Source: Eledone cirrhosa
Lineage: Eukaryota
DNA length: 64,000 bases
Assembly (NCBI GenBank): GCA_964016885.1
Contig: OZ024750.1
Span: forward strand, 11,470,001-11,534,000
Reading direction: 5' to 3'
Below the pieces are notes generated by a model. The model saw nothing but the letters and a program-made list of their open reading frames with translations, had not been told where the DNA came from and did no database searches. The position numbers were made by a program, and so were the translations under genes. Below, piece by piece: positions 40,616 to 52,700 of the stretch. Each line of letters starts with the position of its first letter. Position 1 is the stretch's first letter.

Positions 40616-42693
40616 TAGTTATATCAACAATAAATAAACGTTACTTATTTTAGATATTGTCAGATTTCCTTTTGTTGACAAACACAGAATTGCCATGGAA
40701 ACTAATATGTTATTTTTTACTTACTTTTTATTATACTTTTTCTTTTTGTGTATTATTTTTTATTTTGTGTATTATTATTTCTGAAAATATTTATTGCAGA
40801 CTTAACTAAGACTTAATGTTCTGCTTTTCAAGAAATATAATCTCAAACATATCAAAAACATAACTGACTTATCGTTTAACAAAATTTCCTGAAGATGGGC
40901 CGAAATCTGTTGAGAACAATATTTTGCCTTTCATTTATGAACAATATAATGACATATTTGGATCTCAGAGAAAAAGATATGCTTTACAACTAAGAAAAAG
41001 TAAGTGACACGAAACAATTCTATAAAACTTCAAATGGTTTGTTGGTGCTCAACCCTGATTTATCAGATCTACGGTCCAAAGCAGTCCAGCCTTGACTATC
41101 ACGTTTTTTAATATTCAGACATATTGCTTTAAGAACCACATCATATAATGTCCTACGCATTAAAAATGATCGAGAGGCGTTTAGGGAGATTCAGCTGCTA
41201 TTTTAAGCAGGTCAAACGATAGTGCTGATGTTCTTTTTGAAGGCTAATGTACGAAGTTTATTTAGTAATACACGACAAGCTGGAACTATTTCATTGTGGT
41301 AACTGTGATTACTGTGGTATTGCTATCCGGACATATCCAAACCAACGTCCAGTTGTTTAAGATCTTATTAAAGAGGAAGACAAACGGATAAAAACTAAAA
41401 TAAACCGTGACAACATTGAGGGAAAACGTTTACTTGGAATTCTCAAAATCTTTCAACTATCAATTTAATGAGGAGATCTTGAATTGTTCTTGTTGCTGGG
41501 AAACAGTTGAAATAATTATTCTAGCTCGCTCCTGTGGGTGGCCAACTTCACTCCGATAGTAGTGAGGTGGCCCAGAGACCAAGAACGGCGGAAGTCTCTA
41601 CTGGTACAGATTCGACGACAAACCTAATGGAGAACGACTGATATTTCAACAGTTTACGATCTTCTGAGGCAACATCTATTGCAGCCTCCTCCTTGTATCT
41701 AAAATTTGATTGACAAAAGTCTGTACAGACACCGTCTCGCTTTCCTGCCTGCCTGCTTGTGTCGTCTTATCAAATGGCTACACACACATACATTTACATT
41801 GTCCACTTGTTTTATTAAATAAGATAGTTCATTGAAAAAAAGTACAAAGACTGGAGACGAAAGAAACGATAGAGTTGAGTCATATTCAATTGCGTTCTCG
41901 GTTCAAATCTCGCCGATGTCTATTTCAGCTTTCGTCCATCAGCGATTTATTAAACGATGTCTACTTCACGCCAAGTTAACAAGTTACAACCTACCACTGT
42001 GGAATTGACAAAACTTTCGTTAGCTAGAAATCCGAATTTTAACTTTCTTGAAATGTATAACTTAGACGAACCAAAGGAACATAACTTAATCAAGACAAAC
42101 TATGTGGAATTAAAGTATTTGGTAATGACAATGACCTAATAAAGTAAAATGATTCGTAGCTTAGAAATTTTAAATGAAAAAAGAAAGTTATTTCCCTTGT
42201 TTTTACCAAGGGAGGTAACGTTTGGAAAAGAAAATAAATGAAATGAAAATTTAGCTGAGCAGTGTATTGTCTGTGTACTCTCAGGTTTTGAATAAACATC
42301 TCCCGACGCCACCCCGTTTATAAATTTTTCAGGGGATTTTTTTTTTCCAACATCCCCTGCTTATTAAATTTTGCTAATTTATCTCCGGCGAAATGTTTAT
42401 ATAGACATGAATAAAAAATCCTAACACCCTAACATACCTCATTTTTCATTTATCTTGAATTGACTCTCGCCTGCTAGAAATAGAAGTGAATATTCTCAAA
42501 TCTTAACCTGGGCATGACTGTGGGGCTAAGGGTTTTGCTTTACCATATGGCTTTTGGTTAAATCTGTGTTTCACTTAAGACAAATGTCTTCTACTAGTGT
42601 CTTAGGTTGACCAATGCGTTATCAGTGAAATTTGGAAACTGTGTAGTAGCCCCATATGTATTTACACGTTTGTGTGTGCGTCTGTACCCGTTT

Positions 42694-43486
42694 AACTAAA
42701 TCCCTTCAGGGCAGGGCCCCAGCATGCCGATAACTAAATCCATTCAGGGCAGTATCCCAGCATGTCCATCTAACTAAATCCCTTCAGGGCATTGTCCCCA
42801 GCATGTCCATCTAACTAAATCCCTTCAGGGCATTGTCCCCAGCATAGCCATCTCACTAAATCCCTTCAGGGCAGTGCCGCAGCATAGCCATCTCACTAAA
42901 TCCCTTCAGGGCAGTGCCCCAGCATAGCCATCTCACTAAATCCCTTCAGGGCAGTGCCCCAGCATAGCCATCTCACTAAATCCCTTCAGGGCAGTGCCCC
43001 AGCATAGCCATCTCACTAAATCCCTTCAGGGCAGTGCCCCAGCATAGCCATCTCACTAAATCCCTTCAGGGCAGTGCCCCAGCATAGCCATCTCACTAAA
43101 TCCCTTCAGGGCAGTGCCCCAGCATAGCCATCTCACTAAATCCCTTCAGGGCAGTGCCCCAGCATAGCCATCTCACTAAATCCCTTCAGGGCAGTGCCCC
43201 AGCATAGCCATCTCACTAAATCCCTTCAGGGCAGTGCCCCAGCATAGCCATCTCACTAAATCCCTTCAGGGCAGTGCCGCAGCATGTCCATTTAACTAAA
43301 TCCCTTCAGGGCAGTGCCCCAGCATAGCCATCTCACTAAATCCCTTCAGGGCAGTGCCCCAGCATAGCCATCTCACTAAATCCCTTCAGGGCAGTGCCCC
43401 AGCATAGCCATCTCACTAAATCCCTTCAGGGCAGTGCCCCAGCATAGCCATCTCACTAAATCCCTTCAGGGCAGTGCCCCAGCATA
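42694..43486. repeat. 40-bp tandem repeat, about 20 copies
   Basis: Unit tcccttcagggcagtgccccagcatagccatctcactaaa, mostly identical, no spacers. Confidence 0.95.
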
Positions 43487-44699
43487 TCAGTATTCTGATT
43501 GAAACAAGTAAAACAATAAAATAATACCGTCTAGTAGAAAGGACATTTTGAATGCTGTAGCTTCTAGATACAATGACTAAGAATAAAACAGGGTGGTTAT
43601 GACTGGAATGCCTTTAATCAGAGGTCTGCTCATTCAAAGCTCACTTGGGACAAGAACAACAACAAAAATATGTTTGAAAAAATGTTAATGATTCATGATT
43701 CATACTCTTTCTTCACAGTTACGACTTCACTAAAGTAAATAATACATTCAATAAGTTTATGTATCAATAGACTTATCAACAAACACATATATCTGATTAT
43801 ACTGACATAAAATATTCTTCTTAAATTAAGTTTATTATTGTTTAGCCAACGACTGAACTGTAAATACATGTTTACATTGAAAACAAAGCCAAAAAACGTG
43901 CAGATATAAAGAGTTACATATAAAACTGGACAAAAAAAAAACTGTCCCTCCAGGTTTTCATATTTTTATCCTTATTATATTTAATGTAAAAAATATCTTA
44001 TTTTTGAAAACTAACATTACCACCACGAATAAATTAACAGGAAAAAATACCGTTTCAAAGGGAGACTACTCAATTTCTCTTGATTCAATTTGTTTTTTTG
44101 TTTTTCGTTTTTTTGCTCATCTTTTTTATTTTATAGGTATGCAGTTATTACCCTTTTTACGGTTTGCTCTTTTTTTTTTGTTGTTTTTGTTTTGTTTGTT
44201 TATGTTGTTTGTTTTTTTTTGTAGCGCTTTGCACAATTTTTTTTATTATTTTATTCGGCAGAAAAAATATTTTGCTGATTTGCTGATTAGTTGATGGGGG
44301 AATCGTCATCATTTGTAGCCGGTAGATTTTTTGACACCTGGAGGGATGAAAAACAAAGTTGACCACAAGAGGATTTGAAACATATAAACAAAAGACAGTT
44401 AAATACACAATTTACTCCATCACTGTACATTGTAAGACGGTCAACGTGTCTGTGATGTGCTGGATTAAATACATTGTCTGGACACATTTAGCTCGGGATT
44501 CAACACATAATCCGTCCCCCTCCCCCACCCCTCATTTAATTATATTTATCACATACTAACATGAGTGACACCCTCTTCCCCTCAGATATATTTCCCCTAC
44601 ATAATGGAACATCCCAAACACCTCTTAAAATACCTGTATGTCTGACAAAACACAGTCACATTACTACAACCTCACCCTGTTGATGGTTATTCTATTTAA

Positions 44700-44920
44700 C
44701 CCTTTAGCATTTACATTATTCTATATTTATTATTGTATTTTCACTGTGAACATTTTATCTCACATAATTGTTTCACATAATATCGAATTTATGAGGATTT
44801 GATATTATTTATTTTGAGAACAATACCTTAACATAAGTATAAGCAGCCAGTTAAGGCCGATTTGAAAAGAAAGAGGTGAGAGAATTCTGGCCGGATATGG
44901 CCAGTTTAAATGCTAAAGAG
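44700..44920. mobile_element. piggyBac-type MITE copy 3
   Basis: TTAA-ccctttagcattta ... taaatgctaaagag-TTAA. Confidence 0.8.
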
Positions 44921-44942
44921 TTAATACACCTTTTGTCTATAC

Positions 44943-45106
44943 TAGGCATGGGTAACATTTTCCAAGCAGTGGGACATATAGGATGTGGCTCATTATAAGG
45001 CAGGCCACACTACTTAAATATTCAAGGCAATTTTGAAATTAGGCGTGCCATTCAGAAAGCTAAATGGTCCATATGCAGCTCAGGGGTCGTGGTTTGCCCA
45101 TCACTG
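44943..45106. mobile_element. Probable hAT-type MITE
   Basis: Degenerate TIRs ctaggcatgggtaac / gtttgcccatcactg. Confidence 0.45.
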
Positions 45107-46240
45107 GTCAACAGTAAACGACTTCTGACTCAGAAAGTTTTATTGGTGGTAGCTCCTCTCAGGACTGGCTTAACTTGACAACTAGTTTTACTCATTTCAG
45201 TGTCTCTCTTCTCACATATTACCACAACAATCTATGTGTGTGTAACATGTGGTGCAGTAAATATATACATATTTACCAGGACCGAACACCGAGGAACCAA
45301 ACTCCCTCTGTCACTGCCTCCATCTCTTCCGCTCTACCAATCTCTCACTATTATGAGAAAATGGGGGCCAACACACTGGCCACCCTACAGCCTCAGCGGA
45401 CAGAATAGAAAAGGCATTTCCTTGGAGGATGGTGAAGGAGACATGTTGGAAGAGCCATTCCAGCTCGGGAAGCTCACACCTGCGAGTAGCTAACTCTGTT
45501 AGAGGTGAGTAGGAAGGTGGCCTAGGGCCAAGGACACCAGAAGTCTCCACTGCTATGGGCTACACTGTAAACCTGTCAGAGAGCAAGTGATATTTGGAGA
45601 GTTTACTCTCCTCAGCCCAAAATAGAGACTACCATACACTATGGTGGCTGCCAACTCGTTTTCGAGTACGGCCACTACTTTATATCCATGTAGGAGAACC
45701 CCTAGCGATGCGCTGAACGAGTGTGACTTTTTAGTCCAGCCAGCAACTTGAAAACTCTGGTACAAACACTACACTTGTGACAATTATTGACACATAGTGC
45801 TGGGCCCATGGTACCATGTGACGACAAGTGCAGAGAGATCTCCAGATATAAAGCAATGCCTGTGCTGTGAAGCTTTTATAGTGAGCAAAGGCACTGCACA
45901 AAGCCAGTCCCACTCTCTTAACCAAGATGATATTTACCAAAAAGAAGAACAAGTCAACATCATTGGATACCATCAGGGTTGCAGGTGTTATATCAGAGTT
46001 TTCCTTCTCCTAGAATTCTGCCTTGACAAAGGCTAAGGGGTCATCTCTCCCGGTGATTTTGGATGGCCATTGACTCTTAAGAGCTCCTTTGCCCTTTGAC
46101 CATACACTATAGAGCCACCAGTTCACACAATATTCAAAACACTGCATTCACACACACACATATTTCCATTGTAGTTAAAATAGAGAAACTATTAGTAAGG
46201 AGTTGGAGACATTGTTTAACCTGCTTTTAACAAGATGATG

Positions 46241-46276
<36 letters not shown>

Positions 46277-46410
46277 CAGAAGCGAAAACTAACCAAACAG
46301 TGAGTGTGTTCTGTTATTATTTCTGGCAATATTATTACAACAATATGACCCTCCCCAAGTATAACAATATATATATATATATATATATATTAATTAAAAT
46401 AACAGATTAA

Positions 46411-46460
46411 AGTTTAAGCAAACAATCGCTGCTTTCACCCTTATGGGATCTTCTGAAACT
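46411..46460 (-). ncRNA. Hammerhead-like motif with CAGAAGA core, second copy
   Basis: Near-identical to 26414-26464; differences are confined to loops II and III. Confidence 0.55.
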
Positions 46461-46779
46461 AAAAAAAAATCAATTTTACTATATATATAGATATATATAG
46501 ATATATTAGCCTGCAGTGTCCCTAGCCTGTACTGACCCTAGCCTCACTTGTGAGCAAAACTCACAGTTGCAGTAAGAGTTAAACACAAAGTTATGTAGAC
46601 TATAATTTAGTCTCCTAAACTCACAGCTATTTGTCACATGTAATTTACACTAAATTACCAGAAATATGATATGAGAGAAAAAAAAATGTTAAAATATAAA
46701 ACAATATTATGAAGCCATTATTAAGGTTACTTTATATGGCTTTAGCAACAGAACTACGTAGATGAGTACGATTTAATGT

Positions 46780-49700
46780 TTAACTAGAATGAGATCTAAG
46801 ATGAACTTTGAGATTAGATGAAGCTCTAAACGTTTTTGAACAGTGTAGACAAAGGTAAGGCTTCTCACCTGTGTGTGTACGAACATGTCGAGTTAGATTG
46901 CTTGGATTAGCAAAAGCTGCTTCACACAGGTGGCATTTGAACGGTTTCTCACCTGTATGAGTACGTACATGTTTTATCAAATCACTGCGAGTGGAGAAAA
47001 GTTTTTGGCAGTATTTACATACATAAGGTGATAGGAAACGTTGTTTAGCAATGCGAGTCCGTTTTGGAAGAGAATTCCGAGCACATTTTTTCTCTTGGGG
47101 AGATTGGTTCTTGCTGGGAACAGAAGATTCATTGCTGCCACCTGCATAGTCCGATAGTGAAAAGTCTACTAGGTTTATTATATGATCTTCTGATTTATTG
47201 GACATTTTACGGTGCCAAGAACTGTTTGGTGTTTTGTGTGTGTAAATCGGTGAGTCAATATGTTCAAGTTCTTCAATGTCCTCAAAGTAACATAAGTCTT
47301 TCGACTGAAGATTCACATTTTCTGCAGTTGGCACTTGATAATTTCCTTTTGTACATTCCTTTTGTTGTTCTAAGTTCAAAATATTGGAAGCAACAGCCGC
47401 AGAATCGTCAGCTAACTGCTCATTTATATTATCTAGTTCTTCTACATAAATAACGGTTTGTGTGTTTGGGTGCTGCTGCTTCTCAACATCATCACCACCA
47501 CCTACTTCATCATCATCATCGTCACCATCATTGTCATCATCATCATCATCATCATCATCATTATCATCATCATTATTATCAGCACCATTGTCATCATCCT
47601 CTGTTAGTTCATTGACATTACTATGGCACTTCATGTGTTGTTGAAAGCTCTGAAACAAAGAAAATTTCTGGCAACAAAATTTACAATTATATAAGGAAAG
47701 TTTGGAATGTATTTTCATGTGTTCTTTCATGTTGCTTGAACTTCCAAAAGCTTTTTTACATGTTGGACAATTATATGGTTTCTCTCCAGTGTGGGTTCTG
47801 ATGTGACGTGTCAAATTGCTAGGGTTGGCAAACCCAGCACCACAATAGTGGCAAGTGTGAGGGTTTTCTCCCGTATGAGTTCGAATATGTTTTGTGAGTT
47901 GGCTTCGTAAAGTGAACAATTTTGTACAGTATGGACATTTATGAGGGCTCTGCAGTTTTGAGAAAGAGCCGTTGCTACTACGAGATTCAGAACGAAACCT
48001 ATTTTCTTTAATCTGTTTTGTTGCAGGTTTGTTATGAAATTCAAGTGAGTGTTGTTCAAGTTCATTGATTGTAAAATATGTGCCACATCCATATTCACAT
48101 AAAAATAACTTCAGCACTTTGTCTTCAGATTTAGAACTTTCAATATTCTCTTGTAATGAATTTGAATGAGCCATCTTTTCTCCTCCACTAAAATCACCCT
48201 CTGTCTCTTTCATTTCACAATGGGACTCTAAATGTGAAATAAGTTCTTTATAAGTGCCAAATGTCTTGCAACCAAATTTACAAATGTATAATTCTTCTGA
48301 TGAAGAAGATTTCTGTGAAGATGATTTTTTTAAATGTACAGAATTTTTGTGGTTTTTATTACTATTATTATGAAAGTTGCCTGGTGAACCATCAGAATAA
48401 GCCTCCAGAGATGTAATGGTGCAATCAGAATTGGAAATATCTCCATTGTCATTTACAGATAAATTCTTAGAATCCTTATCAGGAATTCCAACTAAAAGCT
48501 GTGACCTTATTCCAGCAGTACCAGGAACATCATGGCTTTCTTGCTCCTCAAATTTTATATTTTTTTCAGCATCTTTTAATCCCTGGTAAGAAGCCAAAGA
48601 TATTGAAGATATATCTCCATCTATGATTTCTTCATTAAGGTCGTCATCTATACATCTCTCCTGTTTAATGCTTTTAATAGTTAGCATCTTATTACCTGCA
48701 GCAGTTGAAGAACTAAGTGCAGAGCCTCCATTCTTCTCTTCTAATGTGTTAGCTGAAGAACTTTCTGTTGACTTTAAAGTATGTCTCATTTCATTTAAAC
48801 AATTATCTTCCATATCTTGTTCTACTTCAGAAGAATTGTGTTCGTATTTAATCTTAGCACTGACTTCAATAGTTTTGTCATGGAGCAAGTCATTTTTTCT
48901 GACTAGCCTTGCAGAACCCTGCTTTATACGATAAGAATTTGATGAATTAATATCAGATAAAAGGATAGAATCTTTATTCCCTGATACTGCTGTGTGCTTC
49001 TTTAGGTGTTCTTTTAGACTGCTCGATGCAGCAAAATGTTGTGGGCAAAAATTGCATATGTAAGGTTTTTCACCAGTATGTATGCGTTCGTGCCGAATAA
49101 GATTGCTAGGATTAGCAAAAGGCCTTGAACAAAACCTACAGGTGAATGGCTTTTCTCCTGTGTGAGTGCGGACATGTTTCCGTAAATTACTGGACACTGT
49201 GAAGGATTTCTCACAATAATTACACTTGTGAACAGCTTTCCTTTTACGAGGTGCAGAAGTTTCAATAGGAAGCTGGGACCAGTAAGAACTTTGATTCACA
49301 GCTTCAACTAACTCAATGTTGTTAGATTTTGTCTTGCTCGCTTGTTTTTTGGTACCAGTTCTCCTACCCACATGAGAAATTGCATTTTCTGAGAAGAAAG
49401 AATAATGATCCAAGCTGTTTTTTGATAAATCACTATGTTCTGCATTGGTTTCAACTTCAGAGAAAACTGTCTCTTTACTATTTTTAAACCCTAACATATC
49501 TTCATTCTTGACAAAACTAGCTTCAGATACTTGCAGTTCTTCATCAAACAGATATTTATTGATATAGTGAGAGCTTTCAGAATTATCAGAGGCATCTTCT
49601 GCTAATATACCTGATGGTTTATCTAGAGATTTTGAAACTGGAGGCAGAAAATCTTGAGGTGTGGAATGAAGTTCAACGGTATATTTAGATTTAGCAGAAG

Positions 49701-52700
49701 ACTTAGTGTGGGTCAAAAGATGCAGCTTAAATTTACTGAAGATGGAGTAGACTTTAGAACAATAACGACATTTGTATGAATTACATTTAGCATGTGTGTA
49801 TATATGGTGTTTAAGTGTGGATGATGCTCGAAATGATTTGGGGCAATGAGGACAAGTGTAGGGCTTCTCTCCTGTATGTGTTCTAACATGTCTCGTTAAA
49901 TTACTAGGATTAGCAAAAGAAGCTCGGCAACACTTACATCTGAAAGGCTTTTCTCCGGTGTGTGTTCGTATGTGCTTAATTAAGTTGCAGCGGGAAGGGA
50001 AACCTCTACCACAAAATTTACAGCTGTGTTGTTTGCGGTGTGTCTTTCTTTTAGTGGGTTTACGTTTCATAGATTTCAAATCAAAGTCGGAACTGTTGTA
50101 GATATTCTCTGAAGATAAGGATTCAATGTTTGTATTCATTTCCTTGTTTTTATAAGGTAAATTACAATTGACACTTCCATTTTCTACTTCAATATGAGAA
50201 TTTCCATAAGGCAGAGTTAAGAAATCGTCTTTAGAAAACTTCTCGTCAATCAATATAACTTGCTCTGAATTGGACTGCTTGATGGGGTTTTCATTGTAGA
50301 TTTTAGATTGGTCATCTTCAACATTCTCCACACAGACATCAGAATAACTTGCTTTAGAATCATCATTTGAATCCATTATTGTCAAACCTGATCTGGGACT
50401 TTGAGATAAAAAATGTCCATTTCCAGTTTCTGATGAATTCAGATTTTCAGGAAACTCACAGAATTCACTACTTTGGGGGAACCCTTCAGAAATTCCCTTT
50501 TTAACCATTGGATTTACCACCTCTAAAGCATCAGGATCATGCAGTTTCACAGAAAGACCTGTTAATTTAGACCTTGACTTACTACTGGATATATTTTTTA
50601 GGTTTAGAGTGTCTAAATCAAGGCTATTTGTAGTCAGATCAACATTAGAAACCTCAACAACATTATCATGTGAAGGTGTACAAAATGATTGAGTTTTCTG
50701 CATGAATTCTTGTTTATTAAAAGGAAGTTGAACACCCAGATGATTTGAGGTTGTTGGAGATGTTAAGGATAAATTCTGACATTCATTGGAATCAGAATTA
50801 AAATCATTGGAAAAGTCTGTGTTTTCCATTGTGGCATGAATCTTCAAGTGGTTTACCAATTCTTTTTTACGAGCATACACTGCCTGGCAGAAGAAACAAA
50901 CTTTCTGTGCAGTAGCTGATTGTGTGTGAAGACTCATATGTACTTTCAAATTGTTTGGTGCCCGGAATGTTCGTGGACATGCTGTACATTTATAAGATGG
51001 TTCTATAGTATGAACTCGGAGGTGACGAGTCATGTTGCTTGGATTGGCAAAAGCTTTGTCGCAGAGCTGACATTTAAATGGCTTCTCTCCAGTATGTATG
51101 CGTATATGTTTAATGAGATTACTATGGACGGTGAAACTTTTGCTGCAGTAAATACAAGTGTGTAACCGACGTCCTTTAGATTTCACAATTTTCTCATCAT
51201 CGACATCTGCATCTTTCAGAATTAAACTAGTATTTGGAGCTCTCAAACATTTCTTCTTTTCTGTAGAATTGGTAATTTTGGCAGAATCATTGTAGTCCGA
51301 TTGCTCAAGAATGTCTTCAGTTTTTGAGGCACTTGAATTTTCCTCGTTTCCATCCTTCAAATTTCCGGGATTCTCCGAGTTACATTCAATTAAAACAGAT
51401 GGAAAATCATTAGATAATGTGCCAAGAACCCCTGGTCTTTGTGATTCACCATCTTCCCCATGCTCCTTACCATTAGTAGTAGCAGTAGTAGTAGTAATAG
51501 AAGTAGTGGTGGTAGTAATACTACTACTATTACTTTTATATATATCATGAGGAATTTTATTACGAGGATTTGGAATCAATTTACTGGTGGAATCGAGTGA
51601 AGAGACAACATCATTTCTTGGGTTAGTTTCAGTATCACTGAGAAAATCTAAATCAACAGCTTCCAACTGATTCTTTTTACTTTTGTTACTCAAGCCATTA
51701 TCTTCCATCAAAGATAATCCCTGAGGCCAGCGTAACTTCACATTATTGCTATCAAAATTAACTTTCGTAGAAGAAAGAGATTTTTCAACTGTCTTGTCAA
51801 CATTTTTTGACTGTTTAGGATTCATTTTCACGCTAGGTTTCACAGAAGCGTTTTTAGGAAGCTTCATATTGCGAGAAAAATTTTTCAGTGGATATTTTAA
51901 ATGGGTTTGGTGATGGCTCATTAAACTCGACGAGTCACGAAAACTCCTATCACAATAAGTACACTTGTAAGGTTTTTCTCCCGTGTGTATTCGTACATGA
52001 CGAGTTAAGTTACTTGGATTAGCAAAGGCTGCAGTACAGAGTGCACACTGGAATGGTTTTTCTCCTGTATGGATGCGTATGTGTTTGATCAAGTTTCCAT
52101 GTACAGTGAAGACTTTATCACAATAGCGGCACTTGTGAATTTTGGGATATGATGCAGATTGTGTTTTTGATTTTTTGTCATGTTTAGTGCTGTCATTTTT
52201 CATTGAAGAAGCTGTGGTGTTCAATCTGTTTTTCTTATTCAATGTTTCCTGTTTTTTGCCAGAGACTAGGGTTGAGGAAAAATTTGATAAATCATTTTCA
52301 CCATTATGAATTTGAACATGGTGATTTAAATTCTTGAGAGATTTGAGGGAAGGTATGTTGTTATAGTTAAGAATTTGAGCGGGAGACTGAACTCTATCAA
52401 AAGTATAACCATTATCGGCATTCTTAATCTTTTCATTGTTTGATAAAGTTTGCAGCATAACATTAACAATGATTACATCATCACTGTCTTTGTCACAATC
52501 TTCATTTGATTTAGAAGAATCTGCAGTTCCTTTCAACTGTTTTCTGGCAGCACTGTCACGTTTCTCTTCAAGCATATTAACTCTTTTGCTCAAACAGTCA
52601 AAGCTTTCTGCTGCAGATAAAGCTTTCATAGATGATTCTATCTGTTTGTTTGATTCACACAATGCATTCAAATGTTGGACATCTCTAAAGCTGTCCAGAA

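Noticed and set aside
40885-40916. CTGAAGA-tgggcc-GAAA possible hammerhead
   Set aside because: Stem II is too short and stems I and III pair poorly; at best a decayed relic.
42694-43486. CRISPR array
   Set aside because: Units are contiguous with no unique spacers, there are no cas genes, and the context is eukaryotic.
45130-46120. GC-richer segments (also ~21450-21980 and ~39850-40330) as possible LINE remnants
   Set aside because: Composition is suggestive, but no diagnostic protein motif could be confidently read; needs a Dfam/Repbase search.
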